The notes beneath the pieces were generated by a model. The model did no database searches, was not told the DNA's origin, and saw nothing but the letters and a program-made list of their open reading frames with translations. Shown in pieces: positions 19,935 through 29,222 of a DNA stretch of 54,373 bases. The stretch is taken from the NCBI GenBank assembly GCA_034408725.1, contig JAWXCN010000173.1, positions 1-54,373 on the forward strand, written 5' to 3'. Origin of the DNA: Candidatus Hydrogenedentota bacterium. Its GTDB lineage: Bacteria; Hydrogenedentota; Hydrogenedentia; Hydrogenedentales; SLHB01. Made by a program: the position numbers and the translations under genes. Every line of letters starts with the position of its first letter. Within the stretch, counting starts at the first letter, position 1.

Positions 19935-20930
19935 ATGCTGATTCGACTCATAAAAACAATTTCTACGTGCGCCTGTGCTGCAATCGTGTTTGCGCTTCCA
20001 TTCGCATGCACCCCCGCGAGGCCTGCCGCGCCGCCTTCCTCCGTAGCGCCTCCAGACAGTCTCACCATTTTGTACACCTGCGATACGCGCGGCCACATCA
20101 GCCCTTGTAACTGTTCCGCGGGCGTTGCGGGCGGTATTGCACGGCGCAAGACCTTCGTCGATCAGTCGCGCTCGGGTGACACGCTCATCGTCGATGCGGG
20201 CAACATAACCGCGGGCGGCCGTCCATGGGAACTGCTGGAATTGGACTACATACTGCGCGGTTACGAAGCCATTGGCTATCACGCGGTCAATATCGGTCAA
20301 CGCGAGGCCGGACTTCCCGAGGCAACACTCGTGGAAACAGTACGGAAGCATCCTTTCTTTGTGTCCGCAAATGTGCTGGGCGCGAATGGTGCGCCAGTCA
20401 CTCCGGCGTATCGTCTCGTCACGCTTAAAAGCGGCTACCGCGCCGCCGTGCTGGGAATCGTCGATGACACACTCCTTCCCGACGAGATCGGCGCCGGACT
20501 AACCATCACCGCGCCGGAGGAGGCAATCGCCAAGGCCTTGCCAAAGGCCTCCGCCGAATCCGATTTCATTGTGTTGCTCGCGTTCGCCGATGAAACGGCA
20601 ATGAATGCGCTGGCAGAGCGTTTCTTCGAGATTGATGTCATTGTGGGAGGGGATGTTGAACAACCTGCCGGCGATGCAGTCACCACCAACAAATCATCCA
20701 TCGTTTATGTGACGGACAAAGGCAAGTCAGTAGGCAAACTCGATCTACGCTACATTGGCGGCACGTTTGTGGCGGAAAACAATACGGTGACCACCTTGCT
20801 GGAAAACATCGCGGATGACCCCATCATTGCGGCGTTGGTATCGGAGTTCCAGACAAAACAGGTAGACAACAATTACCCCACCGAAAAGGACGACGATGAT
20901 GGCCTTACCACCATTGCGCCAGCGAAGTAA
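19935..20930 (+). CDS. UshA/5'-nucleotidase N-terminal-like (metallophosphoesterase fold) exported protein with CxC motif
   Basis: LTILYTCDTRGHISPCNC...GGIARR, VDAGN, FVSAN and IDVIVGG motifs. Confidence 0.75.
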   Translation: MLIRLIKTISTCACAAIVFALPFACTPARPAAPPSSVAPPDSLTILYTCDTRGHISPCNCSAGVAGGIARRKTFVDQSRSGDTLIVDAGNITAGGRPWELLELDYILRGYEAIGYHAVNIGQREAGLPEATLVETVRKHPFFVSANVLGANGAPVTPAYRLVTLKSGYRAAVLGIVDDTLLPDEIGAGLTITAPEEAIAKALPKASAESDFIVLLAFADETAMNALAERFFEIDVIVGGDVEQPAGDAVTTNKSSIVYVTDKGKSVGKLDLRYIGGTFVAENNTVTTLLENIADDPIIAALVSEFQTKQVDNNYPTEKDDDDGLTTIAPAK

Positions 20931-21693
20931 CGTCGCGCACGCCATCGTTCGCACGGTCATGATCGCGCTGTTCGCGTGCGCGGCGCATGGAGCGATTCCC
21001 TGGTCTACCGATTACAAGGCATCGGTTGCGAAGGCGCGGCAGGAGGCCCGTCCCGTTATCATCGATTTTACGGCGGAATGGTGCGGATGGTGCAAGCGAT
21101 TGGACGAAGAAGTGTATGCGGACAATTCGGTGGCGACAGCGCTCGCGGACTATATCTGTCTGAAAATAGATGTGGATAAACAACCCGCGATCGCGCTCGC
21201 GTACAACGTCCAGTCGATGCCGCGCACGATCATTATTAATACGCACGGCGAAGTTGTCGGCGACCTCAATGGATACATGCCTCTGGGATCGTTTCTCGAA
21301 TTTCTCGAGGGCGTAAAGGACGACCTGAACCGGCAAACGGGCGGCACGCGCGCACCGGAGGTGCTTGATGCAACCGCGCCAGCCGTTTCGTCGCCAAAAC
21401 CCGCGGCGGAATTGCCCGCCGATGGACTAATTGAAATGTTGGGAAGTCCCGATCCTGCGGCTCGCGATGAAGCCGCGCGCGCCATTGCTGAAAAACCTGA
21501 CCGCGCGCGAATCCTCGTCGCCGCGCTCGCCAGCGACTATTTAGGCACGCGCATCGCCGCCGTTGAACAACTCAAGAATACCGGGGCGCCAAAGATTGCG
21601 TTCGACCCCTGGGCGCGCAGGACAGACCGCGAGGCGGCACTCGCCGCATGGAAGGAATGGGCCGCCAACCAATCGGGCGAAGGCTCCCCGTAG
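20896..21693 (+). CDS. Exported thioredoxin-family protein with C-terminal HEAT-like helices
   Basis: IDFTAEWCGWCK and cis-Pro loop QSMP; signal peptide. Start uncertain (20896, 20899 or 20959). Confidence 0.85.
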   Translation: MMALPPLRQRSNVAHAIVRTVMIALFACAAHGAIPWSTDYKASVAKARQEARPVIIDFTAEWCGWCKRLDEEVYADNSVATALADYICLKIDVDKQPAIALAYNVQSMPRTIIINTHGEVVGDLNGYMPLGSFLEFLEGVKDDLNRQTGGTRAPEVLDATAPAVSSPKPAAELPADGLIEMLGSPDPAARDEAARAIAEKPDRARILVAALASDYLGTRIAAVEQLKNTGAPKIAFDPWARRTDREAALAAWKEWAANQSGEGSP

Positions 21694-21821
21694 GGAGGGC
21701 ACGCGTCCCGCGCGCTTGTTTCGCTCATGGCCTTGTGCATATGCGAAACAAGCGAATGCGTGCGCGTGCCGATTGCTGGAATGTCCATATGCCAAGCGCG
21801 CGAGGACGCGCGCCCTCCCTA
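21691..21821. repeat. REPIN/MITE-like palindromic intergenic element
   Basis: Left arm TAGGGAGGGCACGCGTCCCGCGCGCTTG (21691-21718) and right arm (21793-21821) are reverse complements apart from 1 mismatch and 1 indel. Confidence 0.8.
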
Positions 21822-23546
21822 AATAAACAATCCTGATAGTGTCATGAACAGTCCCAGAACAATGAGCACGAAGAGCCCCCACCAGACCACAACATTCGTG
21901 TACCAATGCTTGCCGAGTTCTGAGAAGATATTGAGTGTGGACCAGTTCAATGTCAGGTGGTCCGCGACCTGTTCCGGACGCGGCGGTTTCGTTGTGAGGC
22001 TTACAACGATGCACACGAGCGTGCAGAACGCCCAATTAAAGATCGCCTGCATTGCGAATGGCTCCAACACCGGTAAAGGATTCGCGGCAACGTCAACGTA
22101 AATCTTCACCAAAATCCCGAATGCGAATCCCGCGACAACACCCGCAATCGCCCCATTCGCGTTGATCCTGCGAAAGAGTATGCCCAACAAAAACACCGAG
22201 GCAAACGGCGGGCCAAAGAAGGCGTACAGGGCCTGTATGTAACCGAATAGCCCCTCTCCAAACGCACCAATGAAACCGCCGAGGACAATCGCGATCGCGA
22301 GAAACACGACCGACGAAATAACGCCCATGGCCACAAGATTCCGATCCGATGCGTTCGGATTGAGCCCGCGTTTATAGATGTCCAATGTGAACACCGTCGC
22401 AGTCGAGTTCAGCACGGAATTCACCGTGGACTGGATCGCACCAAACAACGCCGCCAGGAATAGTCCCCGCAATCCCTGGGGCACGACTTCTTGCAGCATG
22501 CGGATGTAGCCCTTGTCGGCCTCGGGCCGAACCTGGTCCCACGGCAACAATAGTGTCTGCGGATCGCGCGCAAACAGAATGAGCCCCGGCACGACAATGA
22601 TTACCGGCAGAATTATCTTCATGTATCCCGCAAACACAATGCCCATGCGCGCGTGGTACAAGTTGCGCGCGCCCAACACGCGCTGAATCATGAACTGGTT
22701 GCAGACGTTGTACCAGATGCTCAGTGAAAACACGCCGAATATGATGAAGGGCCACGGCGCTAGGGTATGCGACGCGGGCTGAATCACCGAAAGCCGGTTG
22801 TACTCCGTCTCTCCCGTGATGTGGGGCGCGGTGGCCACGACCGCATCGCGCCATGCGCCGTCCGTTGCCTGATTGCGCTCGATCATGATTTTAACGCCGG
22901 AGACTAGAGACCGTTCTTCGCCACTAAGATCGTACAGACCCAGCACCGTAATCATCGCGCCTCCGGCAATCATGACCACGAACATCATGAAATCCGACCA
23001 TGCCACCGATTTGAGTCCGCCGTAAATGGCCCAAACGCCAGCGAGCAGTCCCAGCCCGATGATCGATGGCCACAATTCCCATCCAAAAAGTTCCTGTAAA
23101 CCGATTGCGCCGCCATACAACACGGCCGCCAGGAACGCGATAACGTTGCTGATAACCGTCACCCCCGCGAAGAAGAATCTCAATGACGGCCCGAACCGCT
23201 GTTCCATGTATTCCGGAGTCGTGAACACCCGCGACGCGAGTAGAAACGGAATAAACAACCAGATAAGTAGCGTGAACGACGCGACGTTGGACCACTCGTA
23301 CACCGCGGGCGCAACGCCAAAGATATACGCGGCGCCTATCATGCCGATGAAATGCTCGGTGCTGATATTCGATGCGATGAACGATGATCCGACGACGTAC
23401 CATGGCAGCGATCGTCCCGCAAGGAAATAATCGTCGGCCTGGGTCCGCTCTTTACGCCCCGTCCACCATCCCACGATGCAGACCGCCGCGATGTACAGGG
23501 TAAACGCGGTATAATCCCAAAACCCCAGTGCGAACGAATCGTCCAT
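21819..23546 (-). CDS. Sodium:solute symporter (SSS/SLC5) family sugar transporter
   Basis: DYFLAGRSLPW, SNISTEHFIG, YGGL..V.W.D and NQF..QR motifs; many TM helices. Confidence 0.95.
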   Translation of the reverse strand: MDDSFALGFWDYTAFTLYIAAVCIVGWWTGRKERTQADDYFLAGRSLPWYVVGSSFIASNISTEHFIGMIGAAYIFGVAPAVYEWSNVASFTLLIWLFIPFLLASRVFTTPEYMEQRFGPSLRFFFAGVTVISNVIAFLAAVLYGGAIGLQELFGWELWPSIIGLGLLAGVWAIYGGLKSVAWSDFMMFVVMIAGGAMITVLGLYDLSGEERSLVSGVKIMIERNQATDGAWRDAVVATAPHITGETEYNRLSVIQPASHTLAPWPFIIFGVFSLSIWYNVCNQFMIQRVLGARNLYHARMGIVFAGYMKIILPVIIVVPGLILFARDPQTLLLPWDQVRPEADKGYIRMLQEVVPQGLRGLFLAALFGAIQSTVNSVLNSTATVFTLDIYKRGLNPNASDRNLVAMGVISSVVFLAIAIVLGGFIGAFGEGLFGYIQALYAFFGPPFASVFLLGILFRRINANGAIAGVVAGFAFGILVKIYVDVAANPLPVLEPFAMQAIFNWAFCTLVCIVVSLTTKPPRPEQVADHLTLNWSTLNIFSELGKHWYTNVVVWWGLFVLIVLGLFMTLSGLFI

Positions 23547-23647
23547 CGTCTGTCCCCAGTCAATCCCCGGGAAGAGCATACGGGATTCCCCCGCCTCGCG
23601 CGAGCCGGTGCGTTCGGGTATGCCGAATCGGAACTCTGTGCTACGGT

Positions 23648-23676
23648 TTGACTGCACTTTCACCGCTGATTACAGT
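23648..23676 (+). promoter_or_regulatory. Sigma70-like promoter
   Basis: TTGACT-17 nt-TACAGT upstream of the 23735 gene. Confidence 0.55.
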
Positions 23677-23734
23677 AACCGCCTGCACAAGGTTTGATAC
23701 AAACGCGTCTGGCGTTTAGAGGGGAGCATAGAGG

Positions 23735-25015
23735 GTGTCTCAGCAAAAGTTAGCGTCAGGCGCGGAATCGTCCGGCGCAGATGTGTCACGGCGCGATTTT
23801 ATCGTTCAGGGCGGAGTAGGCCTTTCCACGGCGGTGTTGGCCGCGCACCACGCGTTCGCGGTTGACACCGCGCCAAAGAAAGTGCGGATAGGCGTCGTCG
23901 GAGGAAACTTCGGCTGCTCGTTCCAATGGCATGAACACCCCGATTGCGAAGTCGTTGCGGTAAGCGATTTACGCGAAGACCGGCGTAAGCGTCTGATGGA
24001 CACCTACAAGTGCTCGACTTCCTACAACTCTCTCGAGGAACTCGTCAAAGACAACAACGTTGACGCCGTTGGCATTTTCACCGACGGTCCGCTCCACGTG
24101 CAGCATGTCGTAGAATCCATGAAGCACGGGAAACACTGCATTTCCGCGGTTCCCGCCGCATACGGCAGCATGAAAGAAGCGCACACGCTGAAGCGGACGG
24201 TCGAGAAATACGGTCTCTCCTATATGATGGCCGAAACCGGTTACTACCAGCAGACCACGATCAGCGCGCGCAAGATGTACGAAGAAGGAAAGTTTGGCGA
24301 CCTCTACTATTGCGAAGCGGAATACCAGCACCCCGGCCTCGAAGTCCTCTACACCGAAAATGGCAAACGCACGTGGCGTTATGGAATGGCGCCCATGCAC
24401 TACCCCACGCACAGTTCATCGCAGCTCATCGGCGTCACCGGCGAGCGGCTTGTCAATGTCACCTGCCTCGGATGGGGCGACGACGATCCGATCCTCAAGG
24501 ATAACGCGTACGACAACCCGTTCTGGAATGGGTCTGCGATGTTCACCACGGACCGCGGCCACGCGTTTCGCATGAACGTTTGGTGGCGCGGCGCGCATCG
24601 CGGCTGCGAACGCGCGCAATGGATCGGCAATAAGATGAGCCTCTACACGCAGAGTTCGACTGGCGCGCCCCCCGTTATCGTGCGGTCCGGCAAACAAACG
24701 GAAAAAGACGACGCAGGCTTCGAACGGACGATGGCGGAATTTGAGGAATACAAGGTGCCCGAATATTGGGCCACCGATATGTTGCCGGAACCGCTGCGCC
24801 ATAAAAGCGGCCACGAAGGATCGCACACGTTTCTCACGCACGAGTTTATCAGCGCCATTACGCATGACCGGTTGCCAACGGTCAACGTATACGAAGCGTT
24901 GGCCTATACCGTGCCGGGCATCGTCGCGCATGAATCCGCGCTGAAAGGCGGCGAACCGATGGACATTCCGGATTTTGACGGCGCGCAGTACAAACGTGCC
25001 AGAGCCAAATCGTGA
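23735..25015 (+). CDS. Tat-exported Gfo/Idh/MocA-fold protein, GH109-like
   Basis: SRRDFI twin-arginine signal, Rossmann start, YMMAET..Y, HYPTH and SGHEGS motifs. Confidence 0.85.
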   Translation: MSQQKLASGAESSGADVSRRDFIVQGGVGLSTAVLAAHHAFAVDTAPKKVRIGVVGGNFGCSFQWHEHPDCEVVAVSDLREDRRKRLMDTYKCSTSYNSLEELVKDNNVDAVGIFTDGPLHVQHVVESMKHGKHCISAVPAAYGSMKEAHTLKRTVEKYGLSYMMAETGYYQQTTISARKMYEEGKFGDLYYCEAEYQHPGLEVLYTENGKRTWRYGMAPMHYPTHSSSQLIGVTGERLVNVTCLGWGDDDPILKDNAYDNPFWNGSAMFTTDRGHAFRMNVWWRGAHRGCERAQWIGNKMSLYTQSSTGAPPVIVRSGKQTEKDDAGFERTMAEFEEYKVPEYWATDMLPEPLRHKSGHEGSHTFLTHEFISAITHDRLPTVNVYEALAYTVPGIVAHESALKGGEPMDIPDFDGAQYKRARAKS

Positions 25016-26049
25016 GACTTTGCATGCGGCACGGCGCGTCATTGCTCTGCATTCTCCTGGCCAACTCTGTCGCGTTCGCGGATGATCGCCAGGCTTTACT
25101 GGCAACCGAACTCCGTAGTACCGGATGGATCGTGTTCGGCGCGCGCGCGGACAACGCCACCTGGGACCTGTTCGTGATGCGTCCGGATGGAAGCGACAAA
25201 CGCAATATCACGAATACCGCGGAGTTTGAAGAAGCCGCGCCGCGTTTGTCGCCCGGTGGCAACCGGCTGCTCTATCGCCGGCTTGCAAAAGGCACGAAGA
25301 TCGATCACGACAAATGGGGATTCCAGGGTGAACCCGTTGTGGCCATGCCGGATGGCTCGAATCCTGAATCGTTGGCCGCACCCGGCGGCTATCCATGGGC
25401 GTCGTGGTCGCCCGACGGCAAAGCAATTATTTGCCTCACGCCAAAAGCCATCCAGATTATCGATATTGCATCCAAACAAACCATTCGCGAAATGCCGCGC
25501 AAAGGCATCTACCAGCAACTGTTCTGGTCGCCCGATGGGAAATGGCTCACCGGCACCGGCAACCACCAGGGTGAATCGTGGACCGTCGTGCGGATGAACT
25601 CGGAATCCGGAGATGTAAACCCCGTGCACATTTTCCAAAGCTGCACACCTGACTGGTTCCCGGATTCGCAACGCATCCTGTATTCATCGCGTCCCAAAGG
25701 ACAAAAAGCGAAAGACGGCTATGGCTGGACACAACTCTGGTCCGCAAATGGCGACGGCAGTGACAGCAAGCTGGTCTTCGGCGAAGACGGCTTCCATATA
25801 TACGGCGGCGCTTTGTCGCCGGACGCGCGATACGTCCTGTTCACGAAATGCCCCGTCGATGGCGGCGGCTCGGAATCGGCCGGCGCGCCAATCTGCGTCA
25901 TGAGGCTCGCGGACGCGCCTATCATACAGGGCGAAAGCATGGACCTTCGCGCAGTGCATCCAATCACAAACGATGGACCCGTTCTGGAACTGTCCGCGGG
26001 ATGGGAACCGTGCTGGACGCTCAACAATCTGGATGGGAAAAAATCATGA
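25012..26049 (+). CDS. Exported TolB-like / PD40 beta-propeller protein
   Basis: Signal peptide; repeated (W/L)SPDG motifs; GTGA overlap with the upstream gene. Confidence 0.8.
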   Translation: MRLCMRHGASLLCILLANSVAFADDRQALLATELRSTGWIVFGARADNATWDLFVMRPDGSDKRNITNTAEFEEAAPRLSPGGNRLLYRRLAKGTKIDHDKWGFQGEPVVAMPDGSNPESLAAPGGYPWASWSPDGKAIICLTPKAIQIIDIASKQTIREMPRKGIYQQLFWSPDGKWLTGTGNHQGESWTVVRMNSESGDVNPVHIFQSCTPDWFPDSQRILYSSRPKGQKAKDGYGWTQLWSANGDGSDSKLVFGEDGFHIYGGALSPDARYVLFTKCPVDGGGSESAGAPICVMRLADAPIIQGESMDLRAVHPITNDGPVLELSAGWEPCWTLNNLDGKKS

Positions 26050-26498
26050 AGGCCGCGTCACTGATGCTTGCGTTGGCGTTCCTGTGCGGGGCGTGCGGGC
26101 AATCTAATACCGGCGGCGCGGACGCCAAAGTCACCACGCTCGGCAGGATCGAAGTCACCGCGAAACTGCTCGATGCGGGCGGCGAATTTCCACCAAACGA
26201 TCTCTACGACTATGCGCACATTATGAAATACGAAGTGCTGACGACCCACCGGGGAATGCTCGACGGCAAGACGATTTACGTTGGGCACTACAATCCACTC
26301 AAGCCCCGCGCAAGCGCCGCCGATGAACGCAGCGGAGAAGTCGGCGGCAATGTCACACGCTTTATAGCAGGGGACGTCCACCGGATGGCATTGGTCTCGC
26401 CTATTGACGAGCACTTCATGGGCGCGCAGGTAAACAAACTTCCCGAGAGTGAAAAGGGCGCCATCTACTGGGCGTTGTGGACAAATCGCGCGTCCTAA
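26046..26498 (+). CDS. Hypothetical lipoprotein
   Basis: MKAASLMLALAFLCGAC lipoprotein-type signal; ATGA overlap with the upstream stop. Confidence 0.75.
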   Translation: MKAASLMLALAFLCGACGQSNTGGADAKVTTLGRIEVTAKLLDAGGEFPPNDLYDYAHIMKYEVLTTHRGMLDGKTIYVGHYNPLKPRASAADERSGEVGGNVTRFIAGDVHRMALVSPIDEHFMGAQVNKLPESEKGAIYWALWTNRAS

Positions 26499-26501
26499 CT
26501 G

Positions 26502-27905
26502 ATGGTCTTTTCTTCCCACATTTTTATCTTCTATTTCCTGCCCCTTGTTCTGTTCATTTATTACTTACTGCGCTATTCATGGCGAAATCCATTCCTGCTC
26601 GTCGCGAGTTACATTTTCTACGGCTGGACCAATCCCTGGTTCGTGTTGTTGATGTTCACTACCACCTTGATCAATTACGTCTGCGGTAACATAATCGACG
26701 CAGCCGAAGGCGAACCCGCGAAACGCTATCGCGCGCTGGTCTTCTCCCTCGCAGCCAGTCTCGGGCTTCTCGGGTTCTTCAAGTACGCCAACTTCTTGCA
26801 GGCAAACCTGAATTTTTTACTTGATACCACTGGCGCGCCGCTCATTCCGGCGTTGGAGGTCATCCTTCCCGCCGGTATTTCGTTCTACACGTTCCATTGC
26901 ATAAGTTATACCGTCGACATTTACCGGAACGAAGCAAAGCCAGTAAAAAGACTGGCGGACTTTGCATGTTTTGTCGCCCTATACCCCCAACTCATTGCCG
27001 GACCCATTATTCGGTACCACACCATCGCGGAGCAGTTGCGCTCTCGCGCGCACTCGGTCGAAAAGTTCGCTTCAGGCACCGCGCTTTTCATCCTCGGCTT
27101 CGCAAAGAAAGTGCTCATCGCCAACGAAATCGGAAAAGCCGCCACCGCCGCATTTGACGCCGAAGCGCCGACGGCGTTGGACGCATGGTTTGGCGTGACC
27201 GCATATGCGTTTCAAATCTATTTCGATTTTTCCGCGTATTCGGACATGGCCGTGGGACTTGGGCGCATGATCGGCTTCGAGTTCATGAAAAACTTCGATG
27301 CTCCCTATCGTTCCGAAAGCATCACGGAGTTTTGGCGCCGGTGGCACATTTCGCTCTCTACCTTTCTGCGCGATTATCTATACGTCCCGCTCGGCGGCAA
27401 TCGCCACGGCCCCCGGCGCACTTACATCAACCTCATGATCGTCATGCTGCTCGGCGGACTCTGGCACGGAGCAAGCTGGACATTCGTTGCATGGGGCGCG
27501 TTTCACGGAGCACTGCTCGCATGGGAGCGCTGGATGGGTAAAGAAAGCATGTATGCCCGACTCCCCCGCCCCGTCCGGATAGGCATGACGTTCGTCCTGG
27601 TCCTGTTCTCATGGGTCTTGTTCCGATCAGACACGTTTGGCGATGCCGGCCGGTATTTCGCGGCCATGTTCGGAGCGTTACCGTTCGCATCCGGCGCCCC
27701 ACTGTTGGCCGCATTTCTCTATACACCCGCGAACATAGCGATGATGATGCTCTGCGCCGTACTCGTCTTAAATCCTGTGCAAGCCCACGATTGGGTCGAG
27801 CGAATAACTCTCCCGCGTGTAATACTGCTCTTGTTGATTTTCACCTATGCGCTCGCAACGATGTTCGTACAATCGTTCAATCCCTTCCTGTACTTTCAGT
27901 TTTAG
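26502..27905 (+). CDS. MBOAT family O-acyltransferase (AlgI/PatA-like)
   Basis: MVFSS..F, P.GISFYTF, QLIAGPI, QIYFDFSAYSDMA, FWRRWHISLS, GLWHGA and FLYFQF motifs. Confidence 0.95.
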   Translation: MVFSSHIFIFYFLPLVLFIYYLLRYSWRNPFLLVASYIFYGWTNPWFVLLMFTTTLINYVCGNIIDAAEGEPAKRYRALVFSLAASLGLLGFFKYANFLQANLNFLLDTTGAPLIPALEVILPAGISFYTFHCISYTVDIYRNEAKPVKRLADFACFVALYPQLIAGPIIRYHTIAEQLRSRAHSVEKFASGTALFILGFAKKVLIANEIGKAATAAFDAEAPTALDAWFGVTAYAFQIYFDFSAYSDMAVGLGRMIGFEFMKNFDAPYRSESITEFWRRWHISLSTFLRDYLYVPLGGNRHGPRRTYINLMIVMLLGGLWHGASWTFVAWGAFHGALLAWERWMGKESMYARLPRPVRIGMTFVLVLFSWVLFRSDTFGDAGRYFAAMFGALPFASGAPLLAAFLYTPANIAMMMLCAVLVLNPVQAHDWVERITLPRVILLLLIFTYALATMFVQSFNPFLYFQF

Positions 27906-27915
27906 GAGACCTGCG

Positions 27916-29037
27916 ATGGAACATACACGCGCATCGATCGCACTGTTGACGGTAGTGTTTATCGCACTCATCATCTCCGAACCGCTAGCGCAACTCGTTC
28001 AGGATCTTCGTAGCGGTTCGCGCCCTGCCGCGCTCGACATTTTCTCCCGCGCGCCGACCGCTGAAAACCTTCGGTCATACGAAGACGCGCTGCGTGAACA
28101 GTCCGTCGTGGCGAACAAGATTCGACCCGCCCTGCAATACTGGCGATTCACCTCAATGGGCGACGCCGGAGCCAACGGAATGGTTGGCCGCGAAGGCTGG
28201 CTCTTTTATAAGCCGGGCGTGCAATTTTTGGTCGAGCCCTGGCAAGCAGAACAGGGCGAAGACGTTGCCGACGCTTTGGCGGCGATTGAATCGTTCCGCG
28301 ATCAACTTGCGCAACGCAGCATCGCGCTGCTGGTGCTGGTCGTTCCCGGCAAGGAATCCGTGTACCCCAACCTTCTGGCCGCGGGCGCGCAAAGGCCGGT
28401 CAACGGGCATGTAACGACGTTTTTGGAAACGCTGCGTGACCGCGGCGTGCATGCAATGTATCTCATGCCTGAAGGCGACGAGCTTTCCCGAAATAATTTG
28501 TTTCTGAAACAGGACACCCATTGGACGCCTGCTTATGCGAAAGAGTGCGCTGAGCGCGTAGCGGCCTTTGTAACGGAACAAGGATGGACAACGACCGGCA
28601 CGGCGCAGTTTAAACTGAAACAAATCGCGCTAAAGCGTCACGGGGATATTCTACGCATGGCGAAGAGCCATTACGTTCTGAACGCGATACCGCCGGAAGA
28701 AATCATTTGCGAGCAGGTCATCGAATCAGATACCGGGCAACCCTACCACGACGATCCGGACGCGCCGATCTTGGTGCTGGGCGACAGTTTCCTCCGCATC
28801 TTCGAACGCGACGAACCGGGGAGCGCAGGATTTGTTTCCCATTTCGCGCGCGCTCTCGGACAACCGGTAAGTTCGTTGATTAGCGACGGCGGCGCTTCAA
28901 CACTGGTCCGTCAGGAACTTCGCCGCAAGGCCGAATTGCTGCGCGGGAAAAAACTTGTGATATGGGAATTCGTGGACCGCGACCTCCGTTTCGGCACGGA
29001 TGGCTGGCAGGATGTACCCCTCGGCAATTCCAACTGA
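27916..29037 (+). CDS. AlgX/AlgJ-like SGNH O-acetyltransferase
   Basis: N-terminal TM helix, G.EGWLF, PGKE, DTHW (DxH) and GDSF motifs; RBS AGGAG. Confidence 0.88.
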   Translation: MEHTRASIALLTVVFIALIISEPLAQLVQDLRSGSRPAALDIFSRAPTAENLRSYEDALREQSVVANKIRPALQYWRFTSMGDAGANGMVGREGWLFYKPGVQFLVEPWQAEQGEDVADALAAIESFRDQLAQRSIALLVLVVPGKESVYPNLLAAGAQRPVNGHVTTFLETLRDRGVHAMYLMPEGDELSRNNLFLKQDTHWTPAYAKECAERVAAFVTEQGWTTTGTAQFKLKQIALKRHGDILRMAKSHYVLNAIPPEEIICEQVIESDTGQPYHDDPDAPILVLGDSFLRIFERDEPGSAGFVSHFARALGQPVSSLISDGGASTLVRQELRRKAELLRGKKLVIWEFVDRDLRFGTDGWQDVPLGNSN

Positions 29038-29043
29038 TTTCCC

Positions 29044-29200
<157 letters not shown>

Positions 29201-29222
29201 AAACTAAAAACGCGGCGGTAAT

